Source: Bigelowiella natans CCMP2755 (lineage: Eukaryota > Protista > Cercozoa). From it: 41,453 nt of DNA. Numbering within the stretch: the first letter of the stretch is position 1; every line of letters starts with the position of its first letter. Of the stretch, positions 1-10,070 are shown in pieces. The notes beneath the pieces are model-generated. The model made no database searches. It saw nothing but the letters and a program-made list of their open reading frames with translations, and was not told the DNA's origin. The position numbers were made by a program, and so were the translations under genes. The DNA lies in NCBI GenBank assembly GCA_000320545.1, contig ADNK01002578.1, forward strand, positions 1-41,453. Direction: 5' to 3'.

Positions 1-1
1 C

Positions 2-1273
2 CATGGACCTGCACACGTAGGAGAAAACCATATCACTGCTCTACTCTACCATTACTACTGGCCCTACAAGCTAAAAGAGATAAGGACATACCTGCGTGGC
101 TGCAGGTGCTCCAGCTTGAAGGCGGCAGGCGTCGCCACCAAGGAGTCCAGCAAGAGCCGTGCATCTAAGAAAATCAAAGCAAGGAACTTCTTAGATATCG
201 TGCAAATTGATGTTTATAAGTACGATGGCTATCACTACCTTACCTTCGTTGATGTGGCCACTGGAAAGTGCTGGGTTAAAAAGATTATCAAGGTCAACGT
301 TGCTAAGAAGAACAAAGGCTTATATAAGCAGAGGCTTACTAACTGCTACCGTACCTGGGAGTCTGAGCTCCAGGCTATCCCTGATGAAGTTAGCATAAAC
401 AAGATACCAAAGAAGTTACATGTGGATAATGAGACCTCTCTTCTACAGCTACCACACCCTAATATTGATGCCTCACCTGTATACTATGCCCAGTCCAACT
501 CCAAGGTAGAGCGACTCCACCGCACCTTGGCCAACCTAAGCAGGATAAATAGCACCACACCAGACAAGATACAAGGGTTAGTAAACGACACCTTCACGTC
601 TGGGGGAGGTATCAAGGATAAGGAGAGGGAAGAAGGCGACGACAACGACGACGATACCGAGAGCGAAGACGAGAAGGTCCCGTACGATGGCCGAGTTCTA
701 AAGGAAGGACAGTATGTTAGGGCCAAGGTAAATCTGAGATCGAGAAATAAACAAGACCCCTTCTGGGGTGGCGTTGCAAAGGTTACCGAGAGGAAGGGGA
801 GGAAGCAGTACTACATCTATGATGGGAACAGGGTCACCTTGCGCCACATCAGTCACCTAAAGAATTATGATATCGGTGAGAAGCTCCTAGAGGATGTTAA
901 AGTAAACCCTACTGTGTGGGAGCGAGCAATGCCTTGTTTAGGACCCCGACCTAAGTTCGATGTGGAATATGGAAACAATAAGGTCAGGGTGAACGACGAT
1001 TGGCGCATGAAGATTGTCTATCTAGGCTACCCTGGATTACGAAATATGGAGAGGGTAGCTATGAAAATAAAGGACGGAAAATATCAGCTACTCTACCTAG
1101 CTGTTCCCGACTTACCCTTTGAGCACTGGTATAAGGTCCTGGGGGACCTTGATGCAGAGGGCTGGTATGGACACGAACCTAAGGACGAAGGTGAGTTCTG
1201 GGTAAGCGACAAAGGAGATAAGGTTAGAGAGGAATCTATTACCTGGTGGTTGGTGAAGTTCCGAAAGCGATGA
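2..1273 (+). CDS. Ty3/Gypsy-type pol C-terminus: integrase (HHCC zinc-binding, DDE core, GPY/F-like module) plus C-terminal methyltransferase-like domain; 5'-truncated by window
   Basis: The frame is open from nt 2: HGPAHVGENH...YYWPYKLKEIRTYLRGCRC (HHCC), then FLDIVQIDV...YLTFVDVATG, KLHVDN, SPVYYAQSNSKVERLHRTL (rve core) and KQDPFWGGVAKV (GPY/F-like). Integrase sits at the 3' end of pol, followed by PPT and LTR, which is the Gypsy order. Confidence 0.9.
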   Translation, partial: HGPAHVGENHITALLYHYYWPYKLKEIRTYLRGCRCSSLKAAGVATKESSKSRASKKIKARNFLDIVQIDVYKYDGYHYLTFVDVATGKCWVKKIIKVNVAKKNKGLYKQRLTNCYRTWESELQAIPDEVSINKIPKKLHVDNETSLLQLPHPNIDASPVYYAQSNSKVERLHRTLANLSRINSTTPDKIQGLVNDTFTSGGGIKDKEREEGDDNDDDTESEDEKVPYDGRVLKEGQYVRAKVNLRSRNKQDPFWGGVAKVTERKGRKQYYIYDGNRVTLRHISHLKNYDIGEKLLEDVKVNPTVWERAMPCLGPRPKFDVEYGNNKVRVNDDWRMKIVYLGYPGLRNMERVAMKIKDGKYQLLYLAVPDLPFEHWYKVLGDLDAEGWYGHEPKDEGEFWVSDKGDKVREESITWWLVKFRKR

Positions 1274-1316
1274 AGGTCTAAGGGAATAAGGAAGGAAGGA
1301 AGGAGCAACGTGACTT

Positions 1317-1324
1317 GGGGGAGG
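1317..1324 (+). other. Polypurine tract (PPT)
   Basis: GGGGGAGG directly abuts the TG at 1325 and is preceded by purine-rich AAGGAAGGAAGGAAGGAG. Confidence 0.8.
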
Positions 1325-1650
1325 TGTAGCGCGTACCACTACGCGGGCACAAGTCACGTGCGACAACAAAGGGGTTGTCGCGGATATAGAATATAGATAA
1401 CGTAGATATTAATACAGCATAGGCACGTGGGTTCCGGCGGGACTCATGGCAGCACACCGGAAGTGTGCTGCCCCACGTGCGGCGGCATTCGCGAAAGCTT
1501 CGCGAATGATTACGCAGTGCACGATTTAATAAAAATATAATCTTTAATAAAAATAAACACAACTCTTCAAAAGGAAGCAAACGTGCCTTTCCCCCCCCCT
1601 GCCTACTTGTGCACGTAGCGCCTCGGCCTGTGAACACCTTACGCGCAACA
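1325..1650 (+). repeat. 3' long terminal repeat, 326 bp
   Basis: Starts TGTAGCGCGTA and ends TACGCGCAACA (10/11 inverted-repeat match). Contains an AT-rich TATA-like tract near 1385-1413 and AATAAA near 1528 and 1546. The next 5 nt (TTCAG) are the candidate TSD. Confidence 0.85.
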
Positions 1651-1777
1651 TTCAGTGACCAACTGCTGCGAGCACTTCACATCCGCTACTCCGTGGGACT
1701 TGCGAGCTGTTTGCTGTGATGGACATGCAACGTGTCATTGCTTTGTGCGAGCCGTGAGTTCACTGGTGTCTTTCTTT

Positions 1778-1841
1778 CGTTTGGTTTCTGAGACGTTTGG
1801 TTTCTGAGACGTTTGGTTTCTGAGTCGTCTGGTTTCTGAGC
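1778..1841. repeat. 16-bp tandem repeat x4 (CGTTTGGTTTCTGAGA)
   Basis: Units at 1778, 1794, 1810 and 1826; the last two carry 1-2 substitutions. Confidence 0.9.
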
Positions 1842-2009
1842 CGAAAGCCGTGCGGACTTTCAGATCAAAGAAGTTCTCATTCATCGTGACGTAAATGTCT
1901 GCATCCTCGGTTGATGTGACACGTTTTCAGGATGCGACGTGCAATGCTCAAAGAATCCACTGACAACGAACTCCATTTTTGAAAAAGTACAAGTGAGAAA
2001 AATCACCCC

Positions 2010-2430
2010 AAAGCTGTGTCGATGCAACATGAAGGAAAGAGAGCAGTGTTTCCTACCTGAATCCGACGACACAAAATGAACTGGATTCCTTGAATCCGAA
2101 GACCAAATGAAAAAATGCATAGGGTTTTCTTAATCCGAGGACAGAAAAAACAGAACAGATGAACAGCTGTCGATGTACATGAGAAAGAAAGCAGTGTTTC
2201 CAGAGAAGAAATGCAGGGCATTCCTTAAATCCGAGGACATGAAATGAAAATATGCAGGGGATTCCTTAAATCTGAAGATCCAAAATGAAAAAATGCATGG
2301 GGTTTCTAAATCCGAAGACAGAAAAAACAGAACAGATGAATCTAAGAAACCAAAGCGAATGCATAAAAATTAACTCCGAAGAGACAATCCAGAGCAAATG
2401 CAGGGGATTTCAAAAGATCGAGGACAGACC
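2010..2430. repeat. Degenerate minisatellite / local duplications
   Basis: Recurring core ATTCCTT(G/A)AATCCGA(A/G)GAC. An ~75-bp block ending GACAGAAAAAACAGAACAGATGAA occurs at ~2088-2163 and ~2260-2340. AGCTGTxTCGATG...CATGA...GAAAG...GCAGTGTTTCC occurs twice. Confidence 0.75.
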
Positions 2431-2599
2431 AAAAAAAAAAAAAGCAAAAACATGTTGTCGTAGACACCCAAAGCCATGTGTTATTCTACATCAATCGAAT
2501 CCCAAAGTTAGATGTCCGCCCATTTCCAAAAAAGTGACTTTAGCCATTTGTTGGAATTTGAAACGAATTTCATTGTCGTAGATACCAAAAGCACTCACA

Positions 2600-3911
2600 T
2601 TGCACACACACCGTCTTCGCCACCTCCAAACTCCAGTTGATCTAGCTAATCATCACAATTCAATTTCCCTCATCCACCTCCCTCAATCTCAGATTCAAAA
2701 TGATCAACGGCTGAAATTGAGTCTATCGATGAGTATGACGCTTAATAATCGTGTTCTTACTTTCAAGCAAATCATCGAATTTAACCGCCGTTCAAGGGAA
2801 AATCCAATCAATCTCGTCTCCGACTCTGAAGACGAAGAGACATGCGCTAAGAACGGCAAGAAAGAATTACTCCCTCAAATCCAAGAGCAGAACAAGACTC
2901 TCGGAGGGAATACACAGCAGCACCAACTCAAGATTTCATCAAACCTACTGAGAAGCAAAGAAGACAGAGTACAAGATACCGAAAGGATACCTAATTCTTA
3001 CGAGAAGGATTTTCCGAACTCAACGTTCATCACTTCGACACAGCCTAAAGCTGTATCTGCAGAATCTAAGAAACCATTTATGCAAATTGAGAGTTTCAAC
3101 TACGGCAAATGCTGGAAGTGCCCTAACTGTAGCAAGGAGAACAAAGAAACCACCCTGAAATGTTCCTCCTGTAACTACCGAAAAAAGAGGGAAAGGTGGA
3201 CCCCCAAGATGGGAGAGTTGAAACGATTGGTGGTTATTACACACACATTTAAACGATTTATTTCTTGATTAATATAATTTCTTCTCACTACATTGTTGCC
3301 TACTCCAATTCCTAACTCCGTAGCCTCCTTGTATTGCCACATGATCTACCATGCATGAATTCATTCGTCTAGGTAAAACTCAAGATTGAGTCAAGGCCCT
3401 CTTCGCCACCCTCTTCGCCACAAAAACTGATAAAAGATATTCTTAAAGAAACATCGGAGTTCGAGGAAAAAGTCGTGAGAGAGACTGTATATAAATGTAT
3501 CTCTGATGCCAAATCCAGTCAGCTTCCCAAGTATGTATACAATTTTAAGGTATACGCAACTAATGTGTGACACATTCCGGACTGTAGGGAGATGGTTGTT
3601 GACCGACCTTGCATCATGTGACTAGGTGGGGGACAAATGCTTGGCGAAGCGGGACAATTCCTGGTTACCTGCTACAGTGGCAAAAGTCATAGACAAGAGA
3701 ATCGTAGTCAAACTTGACTATGAGCTTGGTAAGATCAAATTTGTAACGACACAAATGTTATTTTCCAATCCTGCTGGCGCAGTTTTATCTGATAATGGCG
3801 ATGTATGCGTGATTATAGATCTCGCTTACGATCTGCATCTTCGTCCATGTCATCTTTATCCAAATCAGACAGGTGTGGTACCTCAAAAATCATCACGTTC
3901 TTCCTATTTGA
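2600..3911 (+). CDS. Spliced gene: RanBP2-type zinc finger plus Tudor/chromo-barrel-like domain (start uncertain)
   Basis: WKCPNCSKENKETTLKCSSC fits W-x-C-x2-C-x3-N-x6-C-x2-C. Later exons give VGDKCLAKRDNSWLPATVAKVIDKRIVVKLDYELVLSDNGDVWYLKNHHVLPI* using GT-AG introns. Confidence 0.6.
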
Positions 3912-3917
3912 AGAGAA

Positions 3918-6900
3918 ATGAAATTAAAAATAGATGGTCGAGCTGACGAAACTGAAAAACAATTATTGATTATTGATGCCTAATTCTGCAGGAGTAGTTC
4001 CCAACACCAATTCATCAAAAGAATGCTCTAGCCAGATCAGCAGGGAGGAAGTAAGTTGCAGCTCCGTAGCCTCTAGGAGTGCAATACCTGTCAGTAGCAG
4101 AATGCAAGACAAATGCAGTTCGATGGAGAAAGAACGGCTTGCCAAAAGGCCAAAGAAGGCTGCCGACAGTCCTGATATTGGATCCGGATTTAATGATCTG
4201 AACGTTTATCATGATGGAAATAAAAGCGAGAAAATCATGGAGGGGGGGGAAGAGGAGAAGAAGGATGAGAAGAAGAAGGAGAAGAGGGAGGAAATTAAGG
4301 AGAAGCAGGTAGCACCTCTGGAGAGGAGAGAAGAGGAGCAGGAGGGAAAGGACGAATTGAATGAAAAGGACGATCCTCAAAGTCCGAGAAAGAGCATGCC
4401 AAACAGCGACAACGTGAAGAGTTTAAAGGGAGATGAACCAAGTAGCAGCTACGAGAAGAAGTCAAGAAAGAGTGACTCTAGTAGCAGCAACGACAAGCAG
4501 AGTGCAGAGAAGAGAAAGCCGATCAGCAATCAAACATCAGGAAATGCCAACCGTCGCTGCGGAAAAGTTGTCCGTGGCTTTAAGAAGAAATTCCGTGAAG
4601 CGTATCGGCCACATCCATCCTCAATGAAGGTGCAGAGAGCTTTCGCGGAGTTGTGTGACAACGCCAAGGCCACACGTGCAACGAACCTGGAATTCCAGTA
4701 CATCGCAGAAAAGAAGTTACGTATTAGTTACGATGGGTGCGGCATGTCACCGGAAGAGTTACTCAAAAAGTTACTCAAAACTACCAAACCGGGGGGACTC
4801 ATTAACGGGGCGTTGGAAATTGGAGAGCAAAGTACAATATTAACCCTCAAGCCAGGAACGTATGCAGCCGCCATTGCAGTCGTTGAACGGCGAAAGGTTG
4901 TGAAGTTTGGAGATTCGTTAGAGACAGATTCGGTCCAATGGCGATTCGTTGCCTACTCGGACTGGCGGAAACGAACGCTAGATCGAAATTACCCCGTATC
5001 AAAGGACAGCCTGAGGACCATCCAAACGTAAGGGACATTTCAAAACAAACTAAATAAATGCATACACACATTTGTCGTCACACCGAAAGCAACAGTGGCG
5101 GACGGTCCCCTTCATACAGCTCTCTTCATGTTTGCTCAGGCACAAGTTCTGGGGAGAGAATGATGTCGATCATTTCTTTAGAAATCATTCGACCCTGGGA
5201 GGCACTTGCATCTTGATATCTGAGCTCCAACCAAAATTGCTGCAGAAGAGGCAGGTAGTAGGACCAAGTGCAATCATTCTGATGAAATGCGTGATGAACG
5301 AAAGCCAACCTGTAGTCGTAGATGTGAAGCAGAGAACGATGCATGCAAGCTACCGTTGTCTGACCAACATCGTTGTTGTCAGACAGCTTTGGAAGAACAC
5401 CTCAGCATCTTGTGGCTAGGATCTGAAATGAAGGTTCGCAATCCTCTCCATCTCTTCTCAGTCAGATGTACTCATCTGCTCGTAGCAGTGGCAGGAGCAT
5501 CTGTAAGCATGAAGCCCCTTGTTTTTCATCTCATAGTAATCTCCTGTGTTTGGTGTTGAAGATCAAATTCAAAGGCAAAGAATTGAAACGGCCACAATTA
5601 CACGAAGATAGGACAAGGGTATTCGAATCTGTTCTTCGACATCTAGACCCTGGTATCAAGAACATCATAACGTACGAACGTTCTTTCGGTAACAATTAGC
5701 GCGTTGTCTCTTCCTATGCACTTGCGCATTACACACACACACACACACACATGCACAAACATGGGACTGAGAGAGAGAGAGGGGGGGGGGGGGGGAGGGG
5801 GGGCAACACAAGTACGCAGTGTCTAGAATCTCCTTGTACATGTGTTTTTTGTGTTCCAAGCTTCGAATTTCCTTTCATTCGACACGACACATCAGCATTC
5901 GATTCATCGCCATCAGGTGATAGTTTCAGCAACGGCAGCAACAGGAACCCGATTAGCTTTGGGTTCTCTGAGCGAATGAGGAGTCGTGGACAGCGCGGCT
6001 ACATGCTGTACTACAGGAATCGATTGATCGAGAGCTTCTTACACCGTCCGGATGATTCTTCGATGGTCCCAGGTGTCGTAGCAGTAGCGGATCTCTGGCA
6101 CGACAACGACCGGCCCTACATCCTGAAACGACTCTTCGACATCCCAGAGCTCCAAGAGAAAATTGATCGTCTGAAGGAGTGTGCAGAGCGTTACAACAAA
6201 AGGCTCCCTCGAGTACCAGCCGGCGGAACTATCAATGCTCGGGTAGTTGCTCGAGCAAGCTGCACATCAGCTAATGGCATGAATGAAGAAGGCCAAGTGG
6301 AGGCAACCGACGATGAGGGCGAGGAAAAGGGAAGGAGGACCGCGCTCTCGTCTAAAGGAGCATCTTCTTCTCCAAAGGGAGGCGACAGAGGAAGCCCCGT
6401 AGCGTCATTCGAAAGAAGGTGTACAAATCGTTTGTAATCTGAAGGAGGGGAGCGGGGGACAGATTGACGAAAGCTTGCTGTATTTCCGATAGAACATAAT
6501 GAAGATCTTAGCTCACACTAATCTCATACCTACCGCCCATAGGACGAGGACCAGCCGGCGAGACGGCAGTAGTAAGGAAACGTCTACTCACCAGCGACGC
6601 CAGCTACACAGCCGTAAACGTGATAGAACGAGCGATTCAAGAAACGTAAGACGGGATTCAAGTGAAGGTTTGTTCAGAAGAGTTCCTGGATGCTTTCTCC
6701 TCAACGTGTGTTTTTGCAGTCTCCTCTTTATGTCCATCTCCAGAAATGCATTCTTCATGTTGTGTGCTTTGCTCGCACCATGTGCTCTTTGGGTTTATGC
6801 GAACGTGTAGCTTCGCCTATTGTGACATCATGATCGTTCACTCTCTCAGGGTCAGAATCGAGAAGAAAGACGAGGATGGTCAAAAGGCGAAGAGTAGAAC

Positions 6901-7393
6901 GGCCAGGGAGTAGGCGCGTGAACTACAAGGATATGGACGCCTTTCGGCGCGAAATGAAGAAGCGCAAACAGTAATCTCATATACTTCGAATCGTTCGATG
7001 CTGACCGACCCCAGCAATACTTTTTGTGTCAAATGTCGCACTCTATCTAACTCTCGCTTCTCGATAACAAACAGCACTAGCGGTCGAGGTGTCGCCTATC
7101 ATCGTCATTGCCACTTGCATCGCGGGTATGAGAGAAGGAGAGTACAGGAAGAAGAAAAACAGAGTACATGTAGACGTTGGGAATCTGGACGATGTCCAGA
7201 CGGCGACGAATGCCTCTACCTCCATGCTTGGGTCGACCCAAAGAAACGAGGGCTCTGCCGTTTTGACAAGACCAACAGCTGCAAGAAATTGGGCTACTGC
7301 GAATACCAGCATCTAAACATTACTGTCAAAGAGTATGAAACGCTTGCGAAAGGGACTGAGAGCTACAGCGAGCTTGAGAAGAGGCTGAGATGA
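3918..7393 (+). CDS. Divergent MORC-family GHKL ATPase (HATPase + S5 fold) with two C-terminal CCCH zinc fingers; spliced
   Basis: AFAELCDNAKA...ISYDGCGMSPEEL...GGLINGALEIG (GHKL boxes); FF...GGTCILISEL; ALEEHLSILWL..MKIKFKGKEL; ISFGFS...RGYMLYYRNRLIES...GVVAVAD (MORC S5 motifs, in order); CRRWESGRCPDGDECLYLH and CRFDKTNSCKKLGYCEYQH (C-x7-C-x5-C-x3-H). Confidence 0.78.
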
Positions 7394-8716
7394 TCACATA
7401 CAGCCAACAAATGGCGATGAAATTGAGAGGCTCACCTTTTCTCCCCCCTACAAATGATGAAGTATGTGCGCTTGACTGGAAGCCGTCAGGCAACAGGTGC
7501 AAAATGTTGCGCGTGACACCAAGCTGGGACGTCCATTCCTTGAACCTCGAATGTCGATGCACTGCACATGTGGGGCTAGATGGATCAATCCGTTGCTTCT
7601 CGTACCGTGATGCAGCGTGCGTGCGACGCGATCAAATTCTAGATGCACAACATCTGGATGCTACAAGCTGGTTGCCAAAAAGATCATCATTCATCGCCGA
7701 ATGTGCACGTCAAACGAAGAGATTGAAAAAGCGTTGTGCGCAGTTCATTGGAAGCACGGAGACAAAAGGATTCAATGTTCAAGTAGCACGTGTGTCAGCA
7801 ACGACGTTGCACTGCTAGACTGCAGGCTAGCAGGGCAAGCAGTGTCGTGCGATGATGGCTAGATGGGATGCATTGCTGCATGTGTCTGTCATTGCATGCC
7901 ATGCAATCTTGCGTTGACCATCACTCCCATGCTGGCATGCTTTGTTTAGCTGTGCATGCTGCACGTAGATGCTGCAATGATGAGCTGTTAGTGCCCCATG
8001 ATTTGTGTTGCACAGGTTTGTTTGTCGCACAGCCATGCGCTACATGCATGTCTCGCCATCTGACTGGGCCGTGCTCATCATTGCAAAGTTGCTTCGCAGT
8101 GCACAAACAAATGCCAATGAAAACATTTAATTTCTTAATTACATCCATCTCACGGCAGGGCGGCACACGTGCATGAACTCATTGCTCTTAACAAAATGAA
8201 TAGCAAGCCGAGTAGTACAATTGGTAAAAAATGCCTGTCGGACGCCGTGTGGTCGATCATGCGCATGCGAATTGACGAGAGCAGATGCGTTCATAGTAGC
8301 AGTCACAGTTATTTGGGAGAAAACATTATTATAATAATTGAAAGGGTCCCAATTTTCAAAGTTGGCGTTTTGGCTAGTTCCACAACAATAAAAGCGAAAC
8401 CATCGAAGAGTAAAGATCGTATTTCTAAAAGCTCTATATGTTATTGCAAAAAGGGTTAGAAACCACAGTTGCTGCATTCATATTGTCTTCGTGAAAACTA
8501 GCAGACTATCGCTGGTTTTGATGATTTTTTGGGATACACTGGACATTCATTTGGCAAAAACGTGCCACGCATTCTTTAAAGTGAGAAATCTGTACAACGT
8601 GTCGTTGGTAAACAATGCTACTGCGAGAGAAGAAGAAGAAGAAGAGGAAGAAGAACTTATCCCCCTTCAACCTACCGCTTCATCATTTTTATTTTGGGCC
8701 TCATGCCGCCGTCGTC

Positions 8717-10070
8717 TCAATTCTTCTCCTCAGACCTCCTGCTACTGCTCTCCAGCTCTTGCATCTCGGCTTCTTCCTGGACTTTTTCATGCTGCTTTTT
8801 GATTCCCTTTCGAAGTCCGAGCGCCGACATGGTACCTGTGGTGCCTCCTAAGGCCAGGCCGATTGCAGCACCTGCTTTCGACCCTAATGCCAAGCCAACT
8901 GGCCCGCCCAGCACGCCCCCGAGTGCTGCCCCCGCCAAACCCCATCCGAGTGCGCTGTGTTTGAAAGGAATAGCTTTTGCCAACTCTTTCTCCGCGTGCT
9001 TGGTCTGTGTGGCAAATCAAGAGGGGGGGCGGTGGGATGGAATAAGAGAAAGATGATGGCAGAAAAAGTCGTAAAAAACACAAGCTGCCTCTGTGAGCTA
9101 GCCCTCGCGCTCAACGCAACATGATATTCACGTCATCATCACGCACATTTTCTTTGGTTTCCAAGATGTTGTCGTGGATGGTTTCCACGTCCTCATGCTG
9201 GTGGTCCACGAGTTCTTTCACGTCCTGTGGTAGTAAGGAAGAGAAATAGCATGGAATCAATTCTGAGCTGCGGCACGCGATTTCAACGGAGCACACGATT
9301 TCCACCGGCAAAAACCCAGCTGACCTCGAACACTTCCATGACATCCGATACGTCTTTTCGGAGACTTGACAGCCGCTTAGACCTCTCTAAGGCCTCCTCG
9401 ATTTTCTACGATGATTTATTTACAAATGATATGAGAAAGCAATTTCCCCGAGAGATAATGCTGAATCAAAATTCAGTGGTACCTCAGAGGCTTGTACTGT
9501 TATCTGCTGGCCATTTATCTGGAATGTTTTCGAGTCCTTTTGAAGAAGGCTCTGCGCATCGTCGTCGCTGTCGACTCGCCCCGGCCCATAGCCTCGCTTT
9601 ACAGCTGATCATTGTTGGCAGGTTGCGGTCAATTCGTGGATTACGCGGGAGGAAATTAAAGAATAATCTGCTTTACCCATTTTTCTTTGCTCTACACGAA
9701 CTGCCGAGTGCAGCATAGCAAGATCTACTGCTTTCACACACTGGTCGTAGCGAGTGATGAACAGCTTGATGGTATCGACGGTGTCCACATCCTATTCAGA
9801 AGAAGAGGAGAAAATTCTTTGTACTTGAATTATGTCATTAAAGTTTGAAATGTTTTAAACCTGGATTCCCTCTTTCATGCCGCCGATCTTCTGCAGCATG
9901 ACCCGTAACTTCCTCAGGCGTCGCGTTAGCTCTTCCATTTCTTCGTAGCAGTTCTGCTGCCTCTCGCATTTCATCTCGATCTTCTGGGCAATGGTTTCGG
10001 CCTTCGACAACATAGACCGAACCTGACGAATCTTCGTCGAAACCTTGGCCTCGACGTCCCACGAACTCAT
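8717..10070 (-). CDS. STX17: Syntaxin-17-like Qa-SNARE; spliced
   Basis: Helical N-terminus (MSSWDVEAK...). The spliced SNARE motif reads LSSLRKDVSDVMEVFE|DVKELVDHQHEDVETIHDNILETKEN|TKHAEKELAKA. It is followed by the glycine-zipper hairpin GLAGAALGGVLGGPVGLALGSKAGAAIGLALGG and a basic tail, as in STX17. Confidence 0.8.

Larger units (their letters stand above)
1..1650 (+). mobile_element. 3' portion of LTR retrotransposon (Ty3/Gypsy-like)
   Basis: Integrase ORF, purine tract at 1317-1324, and an LTR with TG...CA ends and terminal inverted repeats. Confidence 0.88.

Noticed and set aside
1778-1841. CRISPR-like array
   Set aside because: The repeats are contiguous with no spacers, the context is eukaryotic, and no cas genes are present.
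3909-3911. Genome-wide stop-codon reassignment
   Set aside because: Conserved genes translate with the standard code, CNX2 ends at TGA after its conserved GG, and TAA/TAG also act as stops.
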